A stretch of DNA of 59,013 nucleotides, filler included, from Sphacelaria rigidula (GCA_964200075.2; 8 parts of 8 records of this genome joined end to end with filler, not necessarily neighbours in it); one strand, 5' to 3'. Numbered from the whole stretch's first letter, positions 12,275-24,655 are shown. Notes: a model not told the origin generated them from the letters alone. Numbers and translations: made by a program.

Positions 12275-15200
12275 CCACCTGGCCGGGCGCCCCCCCCGAC
12301 TCCCGCACACAGANNNNNNNNNNTCCCCCCCCCCCCCTCTCAACCCCTCCCCCCTCCCCCCTCCCCTTTTGTTTTTTTGCTTTCTCGCCCTCCCCCCCCC
12401 CCCCCCCCCCACCCTTCCCCCACGTGCATGTTTGTGTCACGTCAGTCCGAACGGCTTTTAATTGAAGACAAGAGCAAGTGAGTGCTGTGGATCGTAAAAA
12501 CTTCGTTTTGAGGATTGGTTGGGTGTCTGGGGAACATCTTGAGTATACCTGGGGTGCCGTGCAGTGCAGTGGGGTGCCGTGCTCCATCATTCTCGAGGTT
12601 TCCATCTCCAACGTTGTCAAATCGCTGCTACGGTAGGAGGCGTGCTTTTGATTCGCGTAAAATCAAGATCGAAAATCGCGTGGAGTTGACATCAAAACGG
12701 CACGCTTCCCATGCCTGATGCATGCGAGCCTGGCCCAGCAAAACCCCAGCGTGCTCCGTCTCGGCTTTGTAGCGATGCGAGGTCGATGGTCATATGACCA
12801 CAGCATGCAAAATTATGAGTACCGTACCCTGCCATGCCCCATGTAATGTTGGACGATTCTGGGATTAGGCTGTGTCTCTCCGAGACAGATGAAATCTGTT
12901 CGTGAATTATTATGCGAACATATCAGCGCCCACAACGAATCCGTTTGAGTCGTATCAAAAGAGCGTTTTTTGTCCAGATCCACGCCAAATATACACATAG
13001 AATTATAATTGCGGCGCTTCTCGAGGTTCGCCGTTGGTCTAGCATCTCTGTATTGGTACAGAGGAGATGCAGCAAGGAGACACAACACGGGCACACTGCC
13101 CCCCACTCCCCCCCCTGCCCCCCCTCCCCAAGAAAATACGTGCAGATACCCACTACGCACGCCACTAGCTCCATTGCTAGCCCTCACTCATCTACACGCA
13201 GCAGTTGTGGTTTGGCGGAAATAAGTCCACTATTTCGTGGAAAAAGAGTGGTCGCCTGCGTGTCAATTTCAACCTAACACGTACCATTGCTGACCCCCCC
13301 TGGGTGTGGGTGTTTGCGGCGCGTGTCTCGATGTTTGATTTTTCATGTCATTTTGGGACGAATTTCGACCAAAAGTCAAGCTCAAGGTGCTCAGCTGATC
13401 GACAGCTGCGGCTTGAACTGTGTTCGTTTTTTGGTTCTCGGGGGCAGTTGGATTCTTGGTTTCATGTGTTGGGTTGTGTCACACACTACTTGCATGTACC
13501 CCACTCGCGATTGCTATAATACGTTCGTGTTGCCCTTCAAGCAAACTGATCGTCGGTTCGCGTAAACCGATTTTGAACACTGCCGAATAGATTTCCAGGA
13601 TCGACGGGGGCAAACGGAATTTGTGGAGGTCTTTTCGGGAGGTGGTACTCGTATCGCACCGACCGATCACAGGGAATAGGTCGCGAACAAGTTTGATTTT
13701 TTTCTGTTTTCACGAGACAGCCCCCAACTCACGAACTTGGCATCCTCAAGACTTGCCACATGAATTACCCACTGGCTCCCCCGCTCCCCCCCTGCAACGT
13801 AATGAGCACCAAAATGTTGGAGGTGTCTCTAGTAGGAGTGGGAACGGTGCTCCGTCTCGAAAGGTATGCGTGGTCAACAGTCGAACGATTAAGGCAAGCA
13901 ACAAATGTGTGTGCGCCCCCCCCCCCCCCCCCCCCCTGCCCCCATCGGTTTGCTGAAGTCTTCCATTACTTTTCTGTTCTTTTTNNNNNNNNNNGGGGGA
14001 AGGGCGCTCCCTCTCGAAAGGTATGGGGGGTCAAAAGTCGAACGATTAAGGCAAGCAACAAATGGGGGGGGCCCCCCCCCCCCCCTCCCCCGTGCATGCA
14101 TCTGGTGTCTCAGACGATGCTAGTATCGGCTGATCATTCTCCAGAGAGTATCCGCGAGTTCGAGCGCATGCGGCTCACGCACCCAGCGAGCGTGCTGCCA
14201 CAACTAAATGCGACTGGGAAGGGGCTGGGAACGGCCAATAGCGCCGGTCAGGGAGGGAATGGAAAGTATCGACTACCCAGTCTCATGGTCGTATACGACT
14301 CGCCCACCAGCAATAAGCTCAAATGCTCACCAGTGTTTGAGGTGGACCATACTGGAAAGCCGCGAGTCACGGGGAAGGGGAGGTGCGTGGAACACGTGAA
14401 TTTGTATATATTCATACTGCGCGTATGTGGAGATCGCCATTCTGGCATGTGCGGAAATATTTCTCTTGATGACGTGTAACCTAGCCGCCGCGCCCCGGTG
14501 GTGTAATGGTCCGACTGTCGCAATTAGGGTGGAGAGAACGGGGGTGCGATTTCTGATGCGCGGGGTTTTTTCTTTCGTCATGAACGATTTCCAGCGTGGA
14601 AAGCGTCAGAACGTGAGTAAACAAGGTAGTCGACTGGGTTTGTGTGGCGTGAGTTGACGCGGTGCGGGAGTGCTGACCCNNNNNNNNNNNNNNNNNNNNN
14701 NNNNNNNNNNNNNNNNNNNNNNNTTAATTAATTAANNNNNNNNNNNNNNNNNNNNNNNNNNNNNNNNNNNNNNNNNNNNCGTGGAGTCTTCAAGTGAAGA
14801 GCTCCAGCAAATGGCCCAGACGAGCGAGCAGATGGCATGGAGCGAGTGAAGCAGAGGAATTTCACCCTCTGGGCCCGTTATTCCGACTGGAAACTCATGA
14901 AAAGCCCCATATTGAAGCTGCGATTCTTGATACCGATGCCTTTTGCACTGAATAACGTCACCGTGTACAACAAATTCAGTCGCCTTGACAACTTGAACGC
15001 TTGTAAGCAAGATTTGCAGCCCGGAAGTCAAATCTTCACAGTGCAACTAGTGGGGGTAAGAGGGACAGCCTTTTCGTGAGAAACGAGCCGAATGCCCAGT
15101 TGCAAATTTCAACTGGAGGCCTGACGGATAAAACAGGTCCCGCCGAATTTATGAGAGTGCAGTGACGTTTGAGGGTTATGTGGGTGCTGGCTTGCTCTCT

Positions 15201-15849
15201 GTCGCTGACGTGACATTTTCAAGAACTCTCTGAACGTCGGAAAGTTGCCGACGGACACGTTGCTATGGGTTACATCAAACACGTGTCAAAGATAGTCTTT
15301 GTCCAACATGAGGTTTCACCCCAGAAAATCAAGTTTTATCCCGATTGGCGTCCTCGTCCCGCGATTTCGAGGTGCTGGATTCAGCAGCAGAAGTTGGTGT
15401 CACTCGGCAATGTGGCGTAGAGACATGTGAGTGAAAATCACCAAAGTCTCCACACGATCAAGGAAAAATAGGACGGGAAAACACGCATGGATTATGACTA
15501 TATAGTTTTAGCTTATAGGAATGACAGTGTATTTTGGTTGACATAAAATTTGGGCTCAACATCACTTTTGAAAAAACAGGGGGGTGCCATGGTAGGTGTG
15601 AACGAAAACTTCTTCAGGCTCCTCACTTCAGGAGCCCTTCAATGAGACATCTGAACCCAAGGGACTAAACTCAGACAACGTTTAGCCTAAAGGGTGCAAC
15701 CCTACCGTGGCACCACTCAATAAGAGTGTGTAGAACACATCCGTGAAACTGAAACAGAGCCAACACAGAGAATGGTACCCCGTAGGTGGGTGCCTGTTAG
15801 GGTGAGGATGGAACGGCTTAATCCCCGGGCAGGTACAGAGGGGGAGGAA

Positions 15850-17490
15850 TAGATCGATACATTATACTAGCAACGACTTTCACAGTGTTCAAGAGCGTCA
15901 ACATATATCGTACCAGGCGAAAGCGCTAGATATCGCTCGCGTCAGTGTTTTTGACAAAGTTATGCTTCGATGTCATCTCCAGGTCGGGAGCTACTCGTCG
16001 GGGTTTTCGCTGTCCAAAATACCCTGAAACCTCAGGGTACCCCAGGGTATCTTCGTTCCGTACCCTCACCGCCTGAATAGCGGTAGTGAGGGTAGGGTGG
16101 GATACAGAGTCGGGTATTTCGGGGTGTCGATACCCTGAATACCCTACAATACTCAGTATATTCCGCAACCGACTATCCTGGGCACCCTGGAGTGCTAGAT
16201 CTACTCCGAAATACCGTGAAACTTCAGGGTACCCCAGGGAACGTACCCTACCCCGACCACCCTCGAAAAATACCTTCATCATGAGCAGGGTCAGATGACG
16301 CCGTCCGCACTTTACAAACCAACATGGCAGACATCACCCTCATTTTTGCGGTGAATATCACTCCCGGTGACGACTGTTCCGTCTACCCTGCCTCACTTCT
16401 ACTCTGATTCTACTGGACTGATGTCCTTTATTATTCGCTAATGTGCCCTGCGCTTCGTTTCGTGGACTTCACGAGTCTCAGAATGTGTGAAGCCTGAACA
16501 AGTCGAGAATGTGGCCCAGCCCTGGAAGCGCCATGGGACAAGATCTCTGATGGATTCTCATCCGCCGAGTTATCTCTCCTACTCGTTTCAAGGAAGAACA
16601 AAATCTTCCGATGACAAAGTCGAACTTGAGTGTCGCCCACATACTCCCTTTATGTGAACACGGCCCAAGCATATGGTACAGCGTGCTATGGTCAAGGGGC
16701 ACAAAGCTGGTCACTGTCGATGTCGCAAACATGCCGCTATCTCTACAAACTCCATAGGTCTAACGAGACATCATCGTATTTCACGTAAGAGGCCGTAGCG
16801 TTCTCCGCGGCACATCTACCCGAATCACTCAAACTGGGTAGGTGGCAAGAAGCTAGTCTGTCGATCGAGAAGCTGCCGGGGGCGGGGGGACACGATACTA
16901 CAGCATACTGCCTGACGTCTGTCCAATGACTCTTTTAGCCTTTACGTTGGCCATCGATCGGTTCACTATCCAACAAATCAGAAGAAGCACATCATCACTG
17001 CGGACAAACGCTGCGCACTCCAACAACAACGGCGGAATGATTTGGCAACGCCGTGAATACTTTAGACCGTAGTGGCAGCAAAATAATTGAACATCGTAGT
17101 CAACAACCCAAAATGATATGGCCACATCAACATCATGTGTTGCCTCCGGGACCGAACTCGTGCTTCCCCCCCCTCGTTCACGCCAGAGCAATTCGGCTCT
17201 TTCGAGTCTTGCCAAAAGGATCGATAGCAGGGTGAACTCCCGGCCCACTCAGTATCTTGTTTCACCAACCACAGACCTTTACGTGAGGCTTTTTACAAAA
17301 GGTCCCGGTCAACGAGGCGGATGCGCGACACCGACAGACATGAATAGCAGAATAGACAAGAGAAAGCAGGCGTGTGTGTCGCTCGAACCTTGGTCCAGCT
17401 GACACCCAAAGTCGCCTCAGTCATCCTCATATGAAGAGATTTTAGCAATTCTTGTACAAAGGAGCACTGTTGGTGCTCTGTTATAAGCAA
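15850..17490 (-). pseudogene. Probable decayed Fanzor1 (TnpB-like RNA-guided endonuclease), N-terminus to RuvC-I, interrupted by a MITE
   Basis: Colinear motif remnants across stops and frameshifts: MTEATLGVSWTKVRATH, MFNYFAATT, FVPLDHSTLYHML, SADGVI/TLLMMK, IYVDAL/VKVVA/ID. Recognised by eye only. Confidence 0.55.
15982..16258. mobile_element. MITE-like insertion (tacc/ggta-rich) inside the Fanzor-like relic
   Basis: ggtcggg...cccgacc termini; internal direct repeat aatacc(c/g)tgaaac(c/t)tcagggtaccc; motifs resemble the 8858-9870 family. Confidence 0.6.
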
Positions 17491-17574
17491 CGAATTTCAA
17501 TTATATATCTTGGGATCAGGGTCGACACAAACCTTCATACTGAATGTCGTTTCAACCGACATGCAAGCCCTTAA

Positions 17575-17673
17575 CCCTTATACCGCGAGGATAGTCCATC
17601 TGAATCATGTACACTTTCTTCAAGTGGGATAGATGCCGATTCAACAGAAGACCCACGTCTCGACGCCTAAGGG
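17575..17673. mobile_element. Possible miniature piggyBac-like element
   Basis: TTAA|CCCTTA...TAAGGG|TTTA; TIR only 6 bp. Confidence 0.3.
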
Positions 17674-17752
17674 TTTACCAGTCCGCCAAGAACGTCGAAA
17701 CACACAGGCGAATCCGTTTTTTTCGGGCAATCAGATCCCCCCCTTATACCCT

Positions 17753-18330
17753 CCGGTTGGTCCGGCCAAAACCCGGCGTGTTCCGTCCCGGCTTTGTAGG
17801 GAAGGACCCCCTACGAGATTACCATCGATTTGGAGTGACGCTGTAAAACACGCCACTCACTGCGTAAGCTAGTGGTTACGTTTTTTTTCGCACAGTTGCG
17901 TTTGTATTGCGGTAACCATGATGGTGGATGGTGGTCGAGCGAGATCATATTTTCCGGGGTGGGAGAACCTCAATTATGCGCGAAGAGGGTGATTATACTA
18001 CGTTATGTGTAAATGGTGCGACTACCACAAGGCAGTGCGGAAGCCGTGGCTGTCTCTGGAAGTGGCGATACCTTGAAGAGAAGCAACTCATTGGAGGCTG
18101 TCATCCAAATGCAAGACAATCAGTACGCTTCGGGCCGAACAATCTCAGCGAGATGCAGCTCAACCTCCATGCGACTCACAAAACACATCACGGCGCTTCG
18201 CGCTTGGTGATTGATTGCGAGCCTGGTCCGGCGAGAACCCAGCGTGCTCCGTCCCGGCTTTGTAGGGATGCCAGGTCAATGGTCTTATGACTATGGCATG
18301 CATGATCATGAGTACCCCCCCTCCCCCCCC
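17753..18330 (+). mobile_element. About 570-bp non-coding element (type B) with ~48-bp direct repeats and a poly(C)-terminated 3' module; full copy at ~42966-43545 (-), partial copies at ~12725-12822, ~22169-22267 (-), ~36670-36846
   Basis: ggtccggc..aacccggcgtg(c/t)tccgtcccggctttgtaggg occurs at both ends; the internal region is colinear with the reverse complement of 43075-43490. Confidence 0.85.
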
Positions 18331-20435
18331 GTCTCGCAGGATCAGTATTCAACATCATCGAATTCGACGGAAAATCAATTATAATAACACAAACCATTGG
18401 CGGATGTCGATGCCTTCACCGTACGAAGCTATTGTGTATATAAACGACACAACGACGCGCGTTGGCCGAACGAAGCAGTCTATATCTAAACGATCCGACT
18501 GCTTCAACTAATCGATTGTCCCCAAACGTTAACCGATCGGCTCTGAGTACAACCTGAGTTGTAAGATGAACTTAGCCACGGGGGAGAAACAGAAACAGAA
18601 ACAGAAACAACACTCGCTGCGGGCGGAACTCGAGCACAACATAAGAGGACGGCGGAACATGAGGTATACAAGAAGAGAAAACAGACAACACAAACCAAGG
18701 AGACACAAGATGTACCGAATTTTATACCGAGAACGGACCGGACGAAATCTCCAACGAACCCCCGATAGGAATCCGAGCTACAGATCGCACGGAAAAAGCA
18801 AGGCTATTGGGTGCAGCTCAAGGCTCAGCTCTCTGGGGAAGTACGTCAGGCAGGACACTCTCAGGGCACTACATCCTGGACAAAGGAACCAACCTGGATG
18901 CGACCGACTCGCCGAAAAAAATAACGAGAACTACATGAGGGGATGTAGCAATGCGCTTCTCTTCTCCTGATTACAGGCATTCAACCTCTCCGACGGCTGA
19001 ATTTTCCATCAAGCCATACACGAAATACACGAAAAATCGACAAAACATACACACAACATGGAGGAACAGCACCCATGACAACACAACCAAGCTTTCACAG
19101 CAACCTCATTTTGGTGAAGAAATCCAGGCATAAATGGCGAATGACTCCGATATACATGGTGGAGGATACTGATGTACCATCAAATCGCCCTTGGGCGTTA
19201 AGTTCCCCGCTTCCAGCGCCTCAAAACAGATTTCGTGACGTGTTCCTCCACCTGAGTCTTGCCGCGCACCACATTGAATACCATGATGTACTGTCACTGT
19301 AGAGCCAGGAGAACGAAGGGTGAAAAGGGGAGGTGCGCCCGGGAGGGAAAAAATGTCGAATAACACAGCATTTAAAATTCAAAACACAAGTCAGTGGACG
19401 ACGTGACGCACAACACGTGCAGGTTGAACTGGCAAGTCATCCTGGTTTGTGCAAGACGTGGAGGTGTATGGCGTTACTTTATTGTATCACCATCTTGATC
19501 GTTCTGCGGTCAGCGAACGGATCGCTGAGCGGTGACAATTCCTTCCATCAAACGAGAAACGGCTCAGTTTCAGCAAAACAGAAAAAGATCACCTCCGCTT
19601 TGGGCCGATAGAACGATACTCCCCAAACTAGCTTCCAATACCGGGCACCCCAAGTAGAGTTTGTTCTATGTTGATTATGTACTTCTCTCTTTTCTCTAGT
19701 CATGAACATGACCAGTTTGCGAGAAAATACAACCATTTATTGGTGTTTTCACTTCAAATACCTCAAGTTACTCTGAATATGATCCTAACTGTGCATGCGC
19801 GAATGTGTTCAATCCCTCCGAACGACCTCCGGGGATTCATCGACTTCAATTCAATGAAAGGCGGGCTTGACGCTACAAAACAAAGCCGACATCAACCACA
19901 GTCACCAGTGCTCGAAATGACCGCTGCAACCTCCATGGAAATGAAGGGTTTGGCATCATTCATTATCGGTGGTGCTACAAAAAAACCATACATACGCGTA
20001 TGGACACAAATGCTGGGGACGATTTTTAGGTTACGAGGATATCAACTCATTCACAAAGTCATCGCCAGGGGTAGTATATACGTATTAGCACGTACTGTAC
20101 CCACACTGCGTGTGACAGCATCATTTCGTGGGTCACCTCTCTGACAGCTGGGCCTCTAAGCCGCACGGTGACCATTTTGTTCCCGGGCATGGCCTTAATC
20201 TTCACGTTCTTCTTCGGTTCCGCAACGTGCCCTGGTTAGGCTGATTGAGACGATGGGGGAGGGCAAAGACGCAAGGCAACGCAATGTCAATGCAAAGGTA
20301 ACAACAAAAACAAGCAAGGTGAAGAAAAAAAAACATTGAAAGTTCAAGAAGAAGCGAAAAGCAAAGAAGACCAAGCAAGGGCAACAGCAAAAAGTAAAAA
20401 ACATGAAGCAAACGCAACGCAAACGTCTTCAAAAC

Positions 20436-20760
20436 CGTGTGTGTGTTGTCATCCCATCTATTCCGGACACCAGTCTACACCTTCCGGTATACGTGGGGGC
20501 ATCGGCCGGGGTCACACATGAGGAAGGTCAACACAAGAGTTTCATATTTGTTTTGGTACTCCATCTGCCTCGTGCGGTGCTTGCCTTATTTTTATCGCGA
20601 GAGGGGTCCAGTGGTCCCCTTCCGTCCTCGACAGTGAAGTCGAATATGTGTACCCATGAATTAGTTGCTCTCCACTGTTGGGCATGGTGTGAGATAAAAT
20701 CCCAGATCGTGTGACCTCACCGAGAACCGAACCAATGACTCAACCGTCAGAAGGTTTCCA
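20436..20760 (-). mobile_element. tRNA-derived SINE, 5'-truncated copy (a short 3' fragment follows on + at 20761-20812)
   Basis: Reverse complement matches the SINEs at 23590 and 35902; (CA)n tail. Confidence 0.85.
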
Positions 20761-20819
20761 ACCGAAAGGTGTACACTGGCGTCCATAATAGATGGGATGG
20801 CAACACACACAACAGTACA

Positions 20820-21345
20820 CACATTTGTTCTTTATCATCCAGTATGCTGTTTTTGCAGGAGTGATGTGGCATTTCATCGGGGAAGGAAGCAGTTGCGCCG
20901 ACATGATTGGGGTACAGCAGATCGGGCGGAAGTGCGTTTTCCGGGCGTCCGAAGGGGATCAAGTTACGGGTCGGAGTGGTCGTGACGCGTGTTCGTTTCA
21001 GGGCTGCCGATGACATTTCGAGATGGGGGTGGAGCGGTCGTGTTTCTGCATGAGCTCATGTCAGCTGATGAAATAGTCCCTTGTAGATGCCCCGCTGATG
21101 ACTCACGGTATGCGGGACAACGGAGGATTACTGGCATGGAATCGATGTGGTGCGGTGCCTGCGTTACGGCAAGTGGTGGCGATGGCTGGAGCATCGCCTG
21201 TAGAGTTCGCGTTGCACTCTCTACGAATTGGTGGCACCGAACATTGCCAGCATCTTCAAGGGTGTTGCAGAATGAGGGTAGATCGAAATCGGACGCGTGC
21301 AAGACATGCGTCCGGACTAACGATGCCAACTGCAGTTCAGTGTCG
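20820..21345 (+). pseudogene. Tyrosine recombinase C-terminal fragment of a DIRS/Ngaro-type retrotransposon
   Basis: RSDVAF..ADRAEVRF/RASEGDQ, ALRQVVAMAG..FALHSLRIGG (HxxR), LQNEGRSKSDACKTCVR (decayed GRWxSxAY..Y); frameshifted. Confidence 0.85.
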
Positions 21346-23589
21346 AACGTTATCGCCGGTAGGCGTAGAAGCGGTGATCGGCAGCTTGGTCAGGGTACCG
21401 AGTGGATGGGTGAGGAGTGGCCTCATCCGCGGGAGGTGGCTCATGACGCCGAAATGCATGGTGGGTGCGTGAGTGAATGTGTACAACAGATTGGCTTCAT
21501 CAAAATAGTGAGTATGAAGGAGTACAACAATATACGGTACTAGATGAGTTAATAAGCTAAGAGTGGTGTAGTCATGTGTTGATGACGAGGGGGAATGGAT
21601 CCCGTAATAGGAGCCGAGATGGCGCGGTTAGTTACGTGTGCACTGAAGAATCTTGCCCCTGCGGGATGGATAGCATTGGTGTGGCTTAGGAACACGTGGG
21701 GAAGGTGTCCTATATCCGTTCGTCGGCTTAGATTCTTATGGAGGCTGGTGTGACCGCACTCAGCGCGATCTCCAGATGGGAGCCAACGGTCGGATGCGTG
21801 AGAAGTTACACTGTTCTTGTTCGGGTGATTCATGAGGTTATTCTTAAGAGACGTAATGAGCTACGGAAGAAACGTAATGAGCGCCGAAATGTTGGAGGTG
21901 TCTCTACTAGGAGTAGGAACGGTGCTCCGTCTCGAGAGGGATCGTGGTCAATGGGGTCACACGACTAAGGCAAGCAACAAACGAGTGCGCCCCCCCCCTC
22001 CCCAATCAACACGTGGGCAAGCGCGAAGGTAGAGACGTCGAAACGGGAGGGTAGTGACTCGACAGAATNNNNNNNNNNNNNNNNNNNNNNNNNNNNNNNN
22101 NNNNNNNNNNNNTTAATTAATTAANNNNNNNNNNNNNNNNNNNNNNNNNNNNNNNNNNNNNNNNNNNNGGGGTACTCATGATCTTGCATGCCGAAGTCAT
22201 CACGTCATTGACCTCGCATCCCTACAAGGCCGGTACGGAGGACGCCAGGTTTTCGCCGGATCAGGCTAAGTGGGGTAGGGGGCAGTGGGGAGGTTCGAAA
22301 AAAAATGAAAAGTGCACACATTAATGGACATGATGAAAAAACGATAGCCTGGGCGTAAATGCTGACCATGACCCGCAAACGCTCCGCGGTGTCCATGCGT
22401 GCATCCTCAATAAGAGACAGACAGACAGAAAGAGGAACACACACACGTACACACATACACACGAAAAAGTGCCACGCTGGAGAGGACTGAAGCCCACCCC
22501 CTCCGACCTGCGCGGGGTAGACGAGATAGCCTGCAAGTAGGGGTAGCCAAAGATGGATGATGAGGCTCGCATACAAGGCTTTCAAATTGAAGCGGCAATG
22601 CAATGATGGGAAAGGACATGGAAGTGCACATAAGCGGAAGGCAACGTGGGCTGGAGAAATGGCATCCCGTGCTCCAAAAAAGGGGCGTATCTTCGAAATG
22701 AAGGACGTATTGAGTGGGTAGCACCTAAACAAGAGTTACCAACTACGACCCTGAAGGGGGTGAAACGTATAGTAGGGAGAGACACCATGTAAAAAAATAA
22801 AACAGAACGCTGAATGCACGCACTGGGGACATACCAAACGGCAGACAACACCACGAGGTTGGGGAAAAAAACGCAACAAAAAAAAAGTCGACGATTCGTA
22901 AGGAAGGACAGAAGGCAAAAACATGTTAAACACGCATGGAACACCCGTTTCGATTTTTTTTTTTTTTCAACTCCGCAGCAGGCAAAGAGAGATGAGTAAG
23001 TTCCCAAGAGGAAAGCAGGAGACAGCCAGTCCAGTCGCCGTTTCCTCAGATGTGTTTTCTAATATATATACCACTACAATTGCCACTCGCGGTCTTGAGA
23101 GGCCGACTCCTACCGACGTTGGGCTTACCCCACTCCTTTTTTCCATCTTCAAGGAACTACCTTTGAGGTTTCTTGCGACGGAATCAACAGAGGGGTTAGG
23201 AATTATTTTGCCCATGGTAGTTGATGTTTCTGCGGTAGGAGGGGCTGAATGAAGACATCCTGTGGATGAAATCTCCGACAAGTGCAACTTTTCCAGTGCT
23301 TTCCTTAAACGGTTCTTGGAAAATGACCATAGAGTATGGCACTTGATTTTCGCGCCATCACTGAGGTACACAGTGTTCGGCACCTGCGCAGTGCGGTGCG
23401 TGAGGTGCGGGATTTCGTTATCGTGGATCCTACCGTGTGTATCTCGGTGTGTCATTGTCCGAAAGTACGGTACGGACGATACTCGGGGCCGGACGACTGC
23501 TGTACTCTACCTCGGCGGTGAAAAAAAAACGCGAGAACTCCGGATATCCGTAACAACGGTACCCTGTCACGAAAAATCGCGGTACAGAG

Positions 23590-23982
23590 CCGGTCGTTCC
23601 GGTGGCTCAGTTGGTAATCTCGAAATCTTCTGACGGTTGGGTCGTGGGTTCGAATCTCGGTGCAGTCACAAGATCTGGGAGTTATTATTACACCACGGCC
23701 AACAGCGGAGAACGACCATGTCGTGGGTACACAAAATTCGACTTCACAGTCGACGAGGGATAGGGACTGCTGAACCCCTCTCGCGATAGAAAAGAAAAGG
23801 CAAGCACCGTAGAAGGAAGGTGGAGAACTGAAAACAAGAAAAACAAAAAAACGAAAAAAACGAAAAACAAAAATCCTGTGTTGGCCTGCCTTCTTCCTGA
23901 GTGACTCCGGCTGAATCGCCCACATATACCGAAAGGTGTAGACTGGCGTCTACAACTGAGAAGATAACAACACACACGCACA
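23590..23982 (+). mobile_element. tRNA-derived SINE, full length
   Basis: Pol III A box tggctcagttgg, B box ggttcgaatc, conserved ~300-bp body, (CA)n tail. Confidence 0.88.
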
Positions 23983-24460
23983 CAATAGTTGGCATGCTGC
24001 ACTTTACATGGGTATTTGTGGACGCGTTTCTATTTTCAACCAACAAATGTATTGCGACTGCGCTCGTATCAAATTGCAAATAACAGATGGTGACATATTC
24101 CAACCGTTAGTCCCTTAAGTGGACGACAGCAATAAGCGCTGAGCAAGTGCGTCCACCACCCATCGCCGATCGTACGTAGTACGCAAAGGAGACAGCGGAT
24201 ACGTGTACGTTGAGAGTGCGACTCATTCGACAATAAGGAACGCAACAAATGAGACGAGAGCAGGATTTGCGGACGTCAACATATCACACCCTGGACAATA
24301 TATACTCTGTAAATATGATCAATAGATGCAATAGACAAAAATATACTGGGTAAAGTATAGGCCTAGTGCTACCATTGTCGCAACTATTATCGGCCGACAA
24401 TGGTTGCAGTAGGCTAACACTACAGTCAGTAAGTTTTTTGTCTGTTGCACTTACATAATA

Positions 24461-24655
24461 CTGAGTTTCGGAAAACGCTTTTCTGTCATTTCAGAGTGCA
24501 AACATATCACGATCAGAGTGCAGAAAAATAAAAATCATCGAGAACAGGTTCAGGAGAAATCACAATTGACGGAGGGGGAAACAATTTTTCGTTAAACTCT
24601 GATCCTGAGATATCTGCACTCTGAGATGACAAAAAAAGCGTTTTCCGAAACTCTG
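24461..24655. repeat. Small hairpin/MITE with ~60-bp inverted repeats
   Basis: gagtttcggaaaacgctttt...gatcagagt versus actctgatc...aaaagcgttttccgaaactc. Confidence 0.75.

Noticed and set aside
11849-12620. Pro-rich and Gly-rich ORFs
   Set aside because: Translations of poly(C)/poly(G) tracts spanning an N gap.
13995-14090. Apparent tandem second copy of the type A module
   Set aside because: Next to a 10-N gap, shares the private variants of 13838-13936 and has G-run errors; probably a low-quality duplicate of the same locus. The same applies to the poly(C) region 12236-12420.
14780-15500. Coding-like stretches (also ~1-730, ~19100-20150, ~22990-23370, ~32400-33600)
   Set aside because: May be decayed genes or exons, but I could not recognise any motif or consistent splice structure; blastx would decide.
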